A program made the translations under genes and the position numbers. The notes beneath the pieces were generated by a model. The model saw only the letters and a list, made by a program, of their open reading frames with translations, searched no databases and had not been told where the DNA came from. Positions 1 through 11,912 of a stretch of DNA of 54,151 nt are shown here, in pieces. This DNA comes from Octopus bimaculoides (Eukaryota), in NCBI RefSeq assembly GCF_001194135.2, contig NC_068988.1, positions 15,944,457 to 15,998,607 on the forward strand. Reading direction: 5' to 3'. How positions within the stretch are numbered: the stretch's first letter is position 1; each line of letters begins with the position of its first letter.

Positions 1-656
1 ATATATATATGCACTTACAAACATGCACATATACACACATATACACATATAGATATACATGTATAATCAAGAAATCACATAAACACCAACAAGCGCACAT
101 AAACACACGCATACGTACTGGCGTACTTTCACATACAATCAGAAATCAGAACCCTCAGAGAAACACGAGCTAAATAAACAGATACGTAACCAAAAATCGA
201 TCCCAATCACTTAACATTCCAGATGGGAAGATCGATACGTTGTTTCTATTCCTGAGGTGTTCTAGCGCCTTGTTGGCGTCGGAATGAAAAATGAAAAGAA
301 ACAATAATAAACAAATACATAAGCAAGAGGACAATAAAGATATCAACGTAGTAGAAACTTATACAGCAATTTAAGACAAATACAAACAGATGCAGCAAAA
401 AAAAAAAAAATCAAAATATAAAATAAAATATTAAACAAAATATATGAAGCAAACAAAAATAAATATAAAGTGAAACAATGGAAGCAAAAGAAATAATTAA
501 ACAAATAAATAAAATGAATAAAATAAATTAATAAAATAAATAAAATAGATGAAATAAATAAATAAATGAAAAGCTTATCAGCCAAACACGGATAAGATTA
601 TTCCAAATTTGAAATGGAAATTTTTCTTGTTGTTCATATATATATATATATATATA

Positions 657-1075
657 NNNNNNNNNNNNNNNNNNNNNNNNNNNNNNNNNNNNNNNNNNNN
701 NNNNNNNNNNNNNNNNNNNNNNNNNNNNNNNNNNNNNNNNNNNNNNNNNNNNNNNNNNNNNNNNNNNNNNNNNNNNNNNNNNNNNNNNNNNNNNNNNNNN
801 NNNNNNNNNNNNNNNNNNNNNNNNNNNNNNNNNNNNNNNNNNNNNNNNNNNNNNNNNNNNNNNNNNNNNNNNNNNNNNNNNNNNNNNNNNNNNNNNNNNN
901 NNNNNNNNNNNNNNNNNNNNNNNNNNNNNNNNNNNNNNNNNNNNNNNNNNNNNNNNNNNNNNNNNNNNNNNNNNNNNNNNNNNNNNNNNNNNNNNNNNNN
1001 NNNNNNNNNNNNNNNNNNNNNNNNNNNNNNNNNNNNNNNNNNNNNNNNNNNNNNNNNNNNNNNNNNNNNNNNNNN
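657..1075. other. Assembly gap (first of eight N runs; others 9170-9654, 11427-11684, 19667-20078, 36998-37836, 38345-38867, 41516-41525, 44908-44984)
   Basis: N runs seen directly; nearly all abut (TA)n or (CA)n tracts, typical of short-read scaffolds. ORFs spanning them are artefacts. Confidence 0.99.
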
Positions 1076-1131
<56 letters not shown>

Positions 1132-1477
1132 CGCGCGGAGACACTTATATACAAAATTGCACTTTTATGGATACACGCATACAAACACAAATACACACGT
1201 ATATACACACGCATGCACACAACACAAATGCGAGCCGTACATAAAACCTGGTTAAATGGCTTATGTGAGTTAAAAAGCTTACAAAGAAATCTATCTAAAC
1301 TCACCTCTCCAAACTTTTAATATTAGTGCATGTATAAAAAACAACTGCAGAAAATAATATCTGAAGACGAATATGAAATCACATATACACACTCTAATAT
1401 CAATTTTGCTTAGGCATAGCAATACTAATAACTTGGTTTTAGGACATTGCCAATTGCCTTTGCAGATCCAAGTAGAC

Positions 1478-1830
1478 CAGTGAAATTGATGTTATTAAGA
1501 TTCTCTTTGAAACCTTGAAAGCTACCGTTTGTAAGAAAGATATGAACAATCAGAGACTTTCAGTAGGCCAACGTTCTGTGAAGGAAGGACTGAGCGTACT
1601 AATTAATTCGGGGTCTGGGAGTTGGACTGAAAACGGGTGAGCGGAATGGGTCGGCAGGTCCTCAGACATGAAATTAGCATGTTCCGAGGAGCAGAAGCCG
1701 TTATAGTTTCGCTAGAAAAGGCAGATAGAAATGACAACAGATCTGAGAGCCACAGGTTGGAGCATGTCAGCAATTTTATGCTAATCATTTGGATGGCCCT
1801 CTTCTGAATGTGACCTGTATGTTCGCATGT
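1478..1830 (-). mobile_element. CR1/L2-group non-LTR retrotransposon, decayed 3' end of ORF2
   Basis: Minus translation gives HIQKRAIQMI..., then after frameshifts SFLHRTL...FQGFKENLNNINF, matching the IQKRAIR...SFF.RT..WN.LP...FK..+N C-terminus of CR1/L2-type ORF2. Confidence 0.7.
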
Positions 1831-1892
1831 GTAGCAGCAGCAGCAGTAGCAGCAGTAGCCCGTGAGTGTGTGTGTATGAGTTATTGTGTGAA

Positions 1893-2238
1893 TAAAAAAG
1901 GGCAAAGACCCTCTTTGGTCATGAATGACCATGAGATCGTACCTTGAAAATTCCCCTCCGAGGCACAAGTCCGGGCAAGGTTGTTTTCGCAAAACCAGCA
2001 GTCTTCCATGCATAGCAGCTTTCTCTTGCCAAGCCATCGACGTTATCCAAGGGAAAGGCGAAGGCTGATACAGATTTGCACCAGTGACGTCACAACTCAT
2101 TTCCACAGCCGAGTGAACTGGAGCAACGTGAAATAAAGTGACTTGCACAAGAACACAACACACAGCCCGGTCCGAGAATTGAACTTACAGTCTTATGATT
2201 GAGAGCCCGATGCTCTAACACCTGAGCAAAGCGCCTTC
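1893..2238 (-). mobile_element. tRNA-derived SINE, family D (tail variant 2)
   Basis: Minus strand starts with a tRNA-like head (A-box-like TTGCTCAGGTG, B-box-like AGTTCAATTC). It is followed by the body CTTGTGCAAGTCACTTTATTTCACGTTGCTCCAGTTCACTC, shared with 20992-21303, and a distinct 3' tail. Confidence 0.7.
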
Positions 2239-2483
2239 TGTGTGTGAGTATTTCTAAGTCATTATGGATGTATTTGCATGTGCATGTATATATTTCAGTA
2301 TGTATATATGCATATTATTTTGCGCTAAAGTAAATATTTTCAATTATTCATAAAAACCAAATATAATCTCATTGAATATCTGAATACTGAAAATACGAAT
2401 CGACTTGTATGTATGTATGTATGTATGTATGTATGTATGTATGTATGTATGTATGTATGTATGTATGTACGTATGTATATATG

Positions 2484-2516
<33 letters not shown>

Positions 2517-2617
2517 ATGTATATATGTATGTATATAAACGCGCGCACACACACACACACACATACACTAATACATATGTACATATATGTATTCATGTCG
2601 TTGAATATATATATATA

Positions 2618-2818
2618 TTCTTTCATTCTTTTACTTGTTTCAGCCATGTGACTTCGGCCATGCTGCAGCACCGCTTTTAGTCGAACAAATCGACCCCAGG
2701 ATTTATTTTCTGTAACCCTACTACCTATTCTATCGTTCTCTTGTCGAATCGCTAAGTTACGGTGACCTAAACACATTGGTTGTCAAATGAGGGTGGGGGG
2801 ACAAACACAGACACGCAA

Positions 2819-2864
<46 letters not shown>

Positions 2865-2945
2865 ACGACAGGCTTCTTTTAGTTTCCGTCAACCAAATCC
2901 ACTCACAAGGCTTTGGTCGGCCCGAGGCTACAGTAGAAGACACTT
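2618..2945 (-). mobile_element. SINE family A, 5'-truncated, with internal (TA)n
   Basis: Alignable by eye to the copies at 17179, 18133 and 50238 (plus text CTTTTACTTGTTTCAG...GCCATGCTG..GCACCGC...ACCAAATCCACTCACAAG). Confidence 0.85.
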
Positions 2946-3009
2946 TTTATGTTTGTGTGTGCATGTGTGTGTGTGCGTGTGTGTGTGTGCGTGTGCCTGT
3001 GTATGTGAG

Positions 3010-3205
3010 TGCTTTTGTATTTGTGTTTTTCGTTCATCACTGCTTGACAGTTGGAGTTAGTCTGTTTATGTCTCTGTAACTTAGCGGTTCAGCAAAAGTA
3101 TCCTACGGAATAAGTACCGAACTTAAACTAACTAATGGGATCAATTTGATCGACTAACTATACAAGGCGGTGATCCAGCATAGCCACATTCCAATGATTC
3201 AAACT
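3010..3205 (+). mobile_element. SINE family A-related 3' half, opposite orientation to 2618-2945
   Basis: GCTTGACA...GTAACTTAGCGGTTCAGCAAAAG...GAATAAGTACC...AGGCGGTGATCCAGCATAGCC is the reverse complement of the family A tail. Confidence 0.7.
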
Positions 3206-3214
3206 AATTCCCTG

Positions 3215-3615
3215 AATCACCTGGATCGACCAGGCTGTCTGGTGCCGCGGCGATCTGCTGGCGACAACAGTTATTTCACTAATGGTCTCGCCAGTCTCCT
3301 TCACGTTGTTCCAAACATTTTTCTTAAATCATTTTCCTACCTGATTGGTAGGAAGTTTTCCGACTGGTCTCTTCCGCGCGTGCGGGTACCATTCAACAAC
3401 TGCACAGGTTGACCGATCGTCAGTGAACCTTGCAACATGATCAGCCCAGCGTAGCTTTGCGTGGTAGTATTTTGCGATGACGTCCTTCACTCCAGTTTTA
3501 TCTTTGATCGCCTGGTTCAGGATGTGATTTCTTATCGATATTCTCAGCATCGAGCTTTCCATGGTTCTCTGTGCCGTAAGCAGACGTTGTTCTTCTCTCT
3601 TCGTCAAGACCCAAG
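3215..3615 (-). mobile_element. RTE-clade LINE, 3' ORF2 fragment
   Basis: LTKREEQRLLTAQRTMESSMLRISIRNHILNQAIKDKTGVKDVIAKYYHAKLRWADHVARFTDDRSTCAVVEWYPHARKRPVGK matches the RTE C-terminal pattern (ERAML...IR.RT.V.D....KW.WAGH.AR..D.RW...V.EW.P...KR..GRP). Confidence 0.85.
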
Positions 3616-3679
3616 AGAGAAGAGAGAGATTAAAACAAATATAAGATTAAATATACACCTACAAGTATAATCCCTTTGA

Positions 3680-3858
3680 ATGGCACTAATATAACTCAGT
3701 GAAAAAGTTAAAATAGCATCCTAACTTCCCTTAAGTCATACCTTACTGTCTTGAAAAGGTGAATTAACATTGTTTTTGATACACCGTGTGATAATAAAGA
3801 TGGGGTAGCCATTGCTAGAACGCCGTTGGTGATAGGTCTACTCAGCGGAGTCTAAGCA
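3680..3858 (+). mobile_element. SINE-like family E, diverged partial copy
   Basis: Weak similarity to 34510-34725 and to the reverse complement of 43265-43430. Confidence 0.4.
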
Positions 3859-4302
3859 ATAATTAAATCTATATTAGCCTAAGTTACGTTCAGATTTACA
3901 AAAATATTTATTTATTACTACCTACTTAAATATTGCTTTCTATACTCATAAAACGTCTCTTTATGCATATAAAATCTATGCTATATCTCCAAAATACAGG
4001 CTCATATTATGATTTATATTTGTATTCTATTACACAACCATTTCAATTCATAATCATAAATTTCGTATTTTACGTGACATTCTATTCATCATAAAATATC
4101 AGATTAACAAAAGAGAAGCAAAACATGAATTATTCCTAACTATAACCATAGATCATAATGTTTTTCCTGGCTTGCACATTTATCAATTACAGTAGTTGTT
4201 AGTCGGCTGTTTTGCAGAACTTCTGAATTTTAAAGTTCCATACGTTGACTAACTTAATTAATCTATTGTCGCATATATAACAATTACAAAGTCAGCAGAT
4301 TA

Positions 4303-4473
<171 letters not shown>

Positions 4474-4929
4474 TATTGGTATTAAGAAGCAAAATCAAAA
4501 AAAAATATTCTTTTGACAAGACTACAGTTTTGTAAAGAATTGGGCTGCTCACATTAGTATTTGACTGGTTTAACAGAAATCATGGTAAAATTGATTACAG
4601 AAAGGTTTAAAGTAAAGTTTAAAATCCGGAATAGTATTTTAAAGACACCTGAAAAAGAATTTGCTTTCGAAGTATGTATTGGTATGTATTGCAAGAAACA
4701 GCTAGGTTTCTTTCTCGAGCATTTTACATAGTTCCAACCTACACAAGTTAATGTGTGAAAAACAAACAGGAATTTTGCGAAAACGTTTTTATAAAACTAG
4801 TTTTAAATATCAAATAGTCATGGGGTCCACCAGAAAAAAAATAATAATCAAAAGGGTCCATGTCAGCTGTGATGAAGTAGAGCGACAACCTAATAGCATT
4901 CCAGAAGAACTTACTCTTTTTTTTCGTGT

Positions 4930-5830
4930 TTCATCTATCCATTCATTTGTTGTTTTACAACCACTATTCCTGCTAAGTCGTGGTGGTAGAGTCCTCAGGC
5001 ACCTCCTCCATAGGGTCCTATTAGAAGCAACTCTTATTCCACTTCCCGGTTGGATTCCCAAGCGTGACTAAACGAGGCTATGAATACTATTCAACCATCT
5101 TGTTCCTGGACTATTCCTAGGTGTCCTGCTGGTTGGCTCAGTTTAAAGAATCCATCTTGCGATTGTTTCCTCTGACATTCTTATCACATGGGTAATATTT
5201 ATCCTGACTTAAACGTGGATGTTCTGGTAGAACAAACTTTACTGCGGTAGATACCATGGGAGAACCTCTCGTAATGGCTTTTGGTGCAAAATGCACGCTT
5301 GTTTATATCGCTAGCGGGTAGACAAATCAACGCCATCTCCTGTCTTAAACGTGGATGTTCTGTTAGGTGGAGATAAATACTACCTCTCGATATTAATACT
5401 ATCTCTGTCGCTAATATATATAGTCTAATCACACGCTCCTTGTACCAGAGCTGTGATATCTTGGTGCAGAGATGTAACGACTAGACTTGGATCTCCAAAC
5501 CACGCTCCCTGACGAAAAACGTTACTCTAGAAATCCCCGGAGGAACCCTATTTCAACCGCTTGTATTCACGGTAGTACATATATGACCATAAGTGAGGAT
5601 AAGCACGAACACGGAATTGAAGAGAGTAAGTTCGGTTTTTTAATGCTGGAGGTGGTGCATTACTGTGCTCCTAATTCAGCTTCCTGCATCCCATCGCCCG
5701 TGAATACGGCTTCCACATATTTAAGCTTCGGCATTTCCACTTATGTTAATGATGTTCCACTAACACGTAGAGTGCATTGGGACACCTTCTCGAAAGAATT
5801 CTTAAATCTAGGATCAGAATATCTAATGTG
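4930..5830 (-). mobile_element. Rex3/Expander-like RTE LINE 3' fragment, interrupted at 5191-5423
   Basis: Frameshifted minus translation: CTLRVSGTSLT*VE..KY..VFTGDG..E...NSVFVLILTYGH...IQAVEIGFLRG...SQLW / HVIRMSEE...TRWL...SRLGIQP...VASNRTLWRRCLRTLPPR. This is colinear with the Rex3/Expander ORF2 end. Confidence 0.75.
5191..5423. mobile_element. Unclassified palindromic insertion element, short copy
   Basis: Homologous to 6389-6778; begins GGTAATATTTATCC and ends CTAATATATATAG; flanked by the 10/12 direct repeat TCTTATCACATG / TCTAATCACACG; interrupts the RTE reading frame. Confidence 0.7.
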
Positions 5831-5892
5831 GTTTTCGTTTATATAAAATGTAATTTCAAATTTACCCTAAATCCACGGTTCTTAACGAAGGA

Positions 5893-6060
5893 AACTATCA
5901 ATTATATCGACAAAAGTTCATGGCTGGTATTTTATTTTGTCATCGATCTGGATAGATTAAAGGCAAAATTCAGCATCAACAGGATTCGAACTCAGAACCT
6001 AAAGTTTTCACTAAATATGAAGGTACGTAGTCCGACGCTCAAACGATACTGCCAATCCCT
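5893..6060 (-). mobile_element. SINE family B, diverged copy
   Basis: AAAGGCAAAATTCAGC...GATTCGAACTCAGAAC...AACGATACTGCCAATCC aligns with the copies at 20082 and 48660. Confidence 0.65.
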
Positions 6061-6082
6061 GAAGTTCCACATTTTGTGAGTA

Positions 6083-6235
6083 TTAACCGTTTGCCTGTCC
6101 TGTGTATCACATGTGATACAAAAGACATATTTCTCTGGCGTCCATGCATCATATATGATTCACATTCTCAATTCCTTTCAAGCTGCAAAGTAACTTGGGA
6201 CTCAGGAAAGGAAAGCTTTGAATTATTCAGAACAC
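6083..6235 (+). mobile_element. piggyBac-like non-autonomous element terminus
   Basis: Starts TTAA-CC; contains the palindrome GTATCACATGTGATAC; alignable over ~150 bp to the reverse complement of 14865-15011. Confidence 0.55.
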
Positions 6236-6388
6236 ATTAAACAAGGATTAACTAAAAACTTGAAAACAAGCATGGACATTTTGGACAAACTTATGAAAAT
6301 GCTTTGGACAGGCAAAAAGTTAAGGAAGATTTCTTGTACCAACACATATTTACATATTCGTTGAAGATGGTTAGATTCAATTTCCTCC

Positions 6389-6778
6389 GTGAGGTAATAT
6401 TTATCCCTACATAAACGTAGATGGTTTGTTAGAACAAACTATATTGCAGTAGATACCATGGAAAAAACTCTAATATTGGAATTTGGTGCAAAACGCCCTC
6501 TTGTTTATACAGCTAACAAGAGTGCATTTTGCACCGACAGCCAGCAAGAGAGTTTCTTTTATGGTATCTACTGTAGTATAATAGATACCAAAACTCTCAA
6601 ATTAGATTTTCGTGCAAAATGCATTCTTGTTCAAGAGAGCATTTTTCACCAACAGCTAATATGAGAGTTTCTTTCATGGTGTCCAATGCAGAATAATTTG
6701 TTTTCCCAGAACATCCACGTTCAAGTGGGAATAGATATTGCATCTCAGTATCAATAATGCCTCTGCCACTAATATATA
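6389..6778. mobile_element. Unclassified palindromic insertion element, long copy
   Basis: Internal hairpin arms ~6441-6505 / 6515-6580 plus a second hairpin ~6590-6670; flanked by the 10/12 direct repeat TCAATTTCCTCC / TCAATTTCTTCT. Confidence 0.7.
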
Positions 6779-7330
6779 TCAATTTCTTCTAAGATACGCA
6801 TGGTACATAATTTATCACCCTTGGGACGGATGAACGCTTAACATCATTACCTGACCAGATTTGAAACCACATCATTGAACACGCCTCATCTTAACCATAT
6901 ACAATAACGAACTTAGTCTAGCACTTTACATTTTTGCCAATCCATCACTATTCTTTTCTTAACGACAATAATAGCAATAAACTAACCAAAGTAATGCAAC
7001 AGTAACAACAACGACGACGACGACAACGGTAAGAAGCGTTGGAATTTCAAAAGTTCAGTCGCCATTATATTAGCATGGATGGAATCTAATGTAACGGAAA
7101 TGGTACTAAAAAATAAACTGAATATGAGGGATAATTTTCTATTATTTGCTAAATGGCAAAGATCTTTGGTGAACCGTAAGAAAATGAATACGTGAGTCGG
7201 ATAAAGCTATTGATAATAAATATAAATAGATAATCAGATGCAGTCACACAAGCATACGCACACATGCTTACACACATACGACTCTATATACTTATATATA
7301 TATGTATATACATCTATATATGTATATGTG

Positions 7331-7376
<46 letters not shown>

Positions 7377-7435
7377 GTTAATTATTATTTCTGTAAAAGT
7401 GTTCCAGTTTTTAGTTCCGATGTCAGGATTTCATG

Positions 7436-7493
<58 letters not shown>

Positions 7494-9654
7494 TTATCTA
7501 TCTATCAACCTGTCTATGTATATATGCATGCATGTCTGTATCTTTTATATTTGTCCGCCCCACTTTCTGTGAATCTGTGTCTCCGACAAGGATATATCAC
7601 ACATTAGTTTCTTTATATGCTTCGAATTTGGAACTCGTTTAGAATGTCATCAGACGTTCAAGTCCCGCATGTTTGTGACAAGATTTTCTTTCTCTTTCAT
7701 TACATAATTACTTACGTGGTGTAAATCATCCAATTCGGTCAAATAATTTAAAATCAAATTCAAATTATGATGCTGATTTTCAATAGCATTTTTCTAGAGT
7801 TAAAGAATGCATGAACGAAAAACAGATGTTTATGAATTAAACATTCTGGAATTTAGGAATTGATGTATCTGAGCGATAGAATGTACTTGTGTATTATCTA
7901 ATTAAAGAAAGAGAGGTCATATACTTTAGAGTTGCTGACTCTTTATAAAGGATCAGATTGATCGGTTAAAACTAGGGTCGAACCTATGAAGGTTGTTGGT
8001 GTTGCTTAACCCAATGTCAGCCCCGATGTAACATATCTATATTCAGAAAGGTTTCACATGTCTCCTATTCACACGGTATATATCTAAGACTCGCTTCATG
8101 TACCATTCCCACAAGCATCAACAAATAGGTGCTACCATACTAAAGTCTGAAGATTCATGACTTTTCTTGGGAAAGATACTGTTTGTGTTGTCTTCTGTCA
8201 GTTTATTCACCATTTGCTTGCATTACCGAATTTATTCTTAAGGTATAGGCCCTATGAAACTCTTAATCATTTGGACTGGTTCTTGTGCCGTCAAGATATT
8301 TCCATACATTAATAGGCCTTTGTGACACATGTCTACGACTTGCCCTTCTCCGAGTTCTATAAGTCTTAGTTACATGACCTTCTGTTATTTGATCCATAAG
8401 CGAGATCCCTTACAAATACTACCACCCTAGGCTGAACTAATCTGGGAGTGACCGCCAAAGTGTAACTCCACACTCTCCCAAATCCAGAATTTTCGAGCTG
8501 GAGCCCCACCAACGGATGAAGTTTAATATGTTACTCGGGACAAAAAACTGGGACTATATTTTCTAAATAGGCTTCACTGTTTACAGTAGTCTTCACTTAT
8601 GTTGTATGCAGGAATACATTATCTGTGTTATTCATTTGCGTTCTAGTTGTGACTGCATTATCCAATGTGTCATTTCATATTTAAGGTGATTCGAAAGAAA
8701 TCTTGTTATTTTTAGCATGGAGGTTTCTTTAGTTCAATTTTATGGCAATAGGGAAAAGTGTTTAGTACGGATTATGTTGGGTTGGTCATAGTAAAGATAA
8801 AGAGATAAAAATAAATAGTTGGATTCCCTAAGATTAACAAAGGGTGATGCACATTTTATTTGCTCAGAGTAAGAAGGATACTTTCTGGAAGCAGGTGGAA
8901 AGGGAGGGAAAGGATGGACCCCCCCCCACACTTATTACAAATAGGTCGTTTAGCTAGTGGTTGCAGTGCGTTGATATTTGTAAAATGGAAGCAAAACTTG
9001 TGTGTGAGGGTGGTGGAGATAGTGCATGAATATCCTCAACAGTGAACGAACGCAAAAGCTCCTCAACATGTCATTTAACTCACAACAAAAAGGCATTCAA
9101 GATCTCTTCAGATAACACGTAATAAAGAAAAGGTGCACAATCTGGGCAGTGCAGTCGTAGATATTAGAANNNNNNNNNNNNNNNNNNNNNNNNNNNNNNN
9201 NNNNNNNNNNNNNNNNNNNNNNNNNNNNNNNNNNNNNNNNNNNNNNNNNNNNNNNNNNNNNNNNNNNNNNNNNNNNNNNNNNNNNNNNNNNNNNNNNNNN
9301 NNNNNNNNNNNNNNNNNNNNNNNNNNNNNNNNNNNNNNNNNNNNNNNNNNNNNNNNNNNNNNNNNNNNNNNNNNNNNNNNNNNNNNNNNNNNNNNNNNNN
9401 NNNNNNNNNNNNNNNNNNNNNNNNNNNNNNNNNNNNNNNNNNNNNNNNNNNNNNNNNNNNNNNNNNNNNNNNNNNNNNNNNNNNNNNNNNNNNNNNNNNN
9501 NNNNNNNNNNNNNNNNNNNNNNNNNNNNNNNNNNNNNNNNNNNNNNNNNNNNNNNNNNNNNNNNNNNNNNNNNNNNNNNNNNNNNNNNNNNNNNNNNNNN
9601 NNNNNNNNNNNNNNNNNNNNNNNNNNNNNNNNNNNNNNNNNNNNNNNNNNNNNN

Positions 9655-9686
<32 letters not shown>

Positions 9687-10432
9687 ATCGACGACGACAA
9701 CAACAAGAATCTCTAAGCAGTAAAAAATAGTGTTTATTATTACAAAGCAATCAATCTATAGATGTTAAATTGGTTTAAAGATATAGCAAATGGCTCGAAC
9801 AGAAAAATAAAATGGTGCGGACTAAGATGAGAATATACAAAACAAACGAGGATAGTCATACAAAAGCTATTTCTTCTGACCATTCTCTCAGATCAGTAGT
9901 TAAATGGTAAACAAGAATTTGTTATTGGAAATAAAAACATCATGCGCTATACTAACACCAACCAAAAGCTGTGCTCGGTATACACTTCTAGGTACTAAGA
10001 ATATTCTAGACAATTGTCAAACATGTTTTCGAATCAGATGCCATGACAAAATGTCATTCTGCATCTACACCATCTCCTTCTTTTATGTCACTCCCCGCTC
10101 TGCCATATTAGTTTATCGATTTTTCATATTAGCATGGTTTGGATGTGTTAGTTGTATCACCTTTTAACTTTAGTTCCTGTCAATTGTCTTCTCTTATACC
10201 TGGCATCGTAAAATCTATGAAAAATGAAGAAAGAAAAAAAATGTGATATCCAGATCCAGTAAGAGAAAAAGAAAGGTAGTGGGAGAATGATAGCAACAAT
10301 AACAGAGAGGAGAGACAGAGAAAAACATGGAGAGAAGGCCGTTGAGAAATACATATTCAGAAATAGAGTGATGGTGATAGATGAGGGGATAGATAAACAG
10401 AGAGGTGGAGGAATAAATAGATAGATAGATGA

Positions 10433-10474
<42 letters not shown>

Positions 10475-11310
10475 TGCAACTAGATAGACAGAGGGAAATA
10501 AAGAGTGGAAAAGAAACATGTTATTATTCGGAATGTAAATGGAAGAAAATCTAAAACGTTACGTGAAAACACAAAGAATATGAATAAGAACAAGAACAAC
10601 GCCAATAAACAATTGAGTAATATAAAAATAAACGATCTGAAACCAAAAAAAAAAAAACAATATCCATTTAGTCTTCTCAAAACAGATTGATTTTTCAGAT
10701 TTTCATTTAATTTAAACCTCATGCTACACGAACGTTCATTTATATCACCCCTGGTAAGAGATGTATACCCTCATTTCAAATTGTTTAATCAGATTGCTTA
10801 CAGGGAATTATACAACTTGAACGAACTTTTAAAATAACAAATGGAAAAATATAAAGCAAAGAATAACAAGGAAAATTAAAACAAACCATAACAGAAGCAA
10901 AGATCATCGAAAGATAGAAACAACTCTATAAATAAGCAAAAGTACTAAAACAAACAAACGAAAATAAGAGTGAAAAGTAAGGGAAAAGCAAATATAAACA
11001 CTCGACTGTAGAACCAAAATGGCCGCCCTCGTGTAATTATTGAAAAATGATGGCCGAGAGGTAAGATAAGTAGCAGACCGTGAGAAGAGTCAATAACGAG
11101 TGAACAGCTTGTTCTGTTGTTTCATAATTATCGCTTGTTAAACAATGGGTGGGTGTGTGATCAACTAAAACTAATGGATTCAGCAAGAGAGCTTGCATAA
11201 TATGTTGACAATGTGTTTGAAAACATACATGAATGCATACATATATATATATATATATATATATACAAACACATTCACGCACATATATAAATATGAGGAT
11301 AAGTATGCAC

Positions 11311-11344
<34 letters not shown>

Positions 11345-11684
11345 TACATACATTTATAAATTTGCATATATCTTCGTATTTATACGTATACATACGTGCG
11401 TTTATATATATATATATATATATATANNNNNNNNNNNNNNNNNNNNNNNNNNNNNNNNNNNNNNNNNNNNNNNNNNNNNNNNNNNNNNNNNNNNNNNNNN
11501 NNNNNNNNNNNNNNNNNNNNNNNNNNNNNNNNNNNNNNNNNNNNNNNNNNNNNNNNNNNNNNNNNNNNNNNNNNNNNNNNNNNNNNNNNNNNNNNNNNNN
11601 NNNNNNNNNNNNNNNNNNNNNNNNNNNNNNNNNNNNNNNNNNNNNNNNNNNNNNNNNNNNNNNNNNNNNNNNNNNNNNNNNNNN

Positions 11685-11715
<31 letters not shown>

Positions 11716-11716
<1 letters not shown>

Positions 11717-11912
11717 GGAGAGTTCACAAAAAAAAACAAAAGACGAAGACAAGTGGTGTAGATAACAAACAGATGTATTAGTATAACGCTCGGGAGTTGA
11801 AAAAGTCTTTAACGTTTCGAGCCTACGCTCTTCCACAGAAAGGAGCACAGAAAGAAACAGGGAGAGAAACAAGGACAGAAAAAAAATGTGGTTAGCGATC
11901 TATCATGGCGAA
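11716..11912 (-). mobile_element. Penelope-like terminal-repeat-type insert in (TA)n, with degenerate hammerhead-like motif
   Basis: Flanked by (TA)n on both sides; minus strand reads CTTT-CTGTGGA-AGAGCGTAGGCTC-GAAAC-GTT-AAAG (11807-11842). Confidence 0.45.

Noticed and set aside
528-1304. Long ORFs spanning N runs (also at 9.1-9.7, 11.2-11.9, 19.5-20.3, 36.9-38.9 kb)
   Set aside because: Length comes from Ns and dinucleotide repeats.
1360-1392. CTGAAGA...GAAAT hammerhead-like words (also CTGATGA at ~7650 and ~19388 on minus)
   Set aside because: No stem I/II/III pairing or no GAAA partner.
7716-7793. Minus-strand 78-nt open exon candidate (KNAIENQHHNLNLILNYLTELDDLHH)
   Set aside because: Canonical splice sites but AT content like the flanks; an open 26-codon frame is common by chance and no homology is recognised.
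10160-10213. Minus-strand micro-exon candidate (FYDARYKRRQLTGTKVK); similar ones at 1305-1360, ~15600-15630 and 43568-43686
   Set aside because: Strong pyrimidine tracts arise frequently in this composition; no recognisable protein when joined; kept only as leads for RNA-seq.
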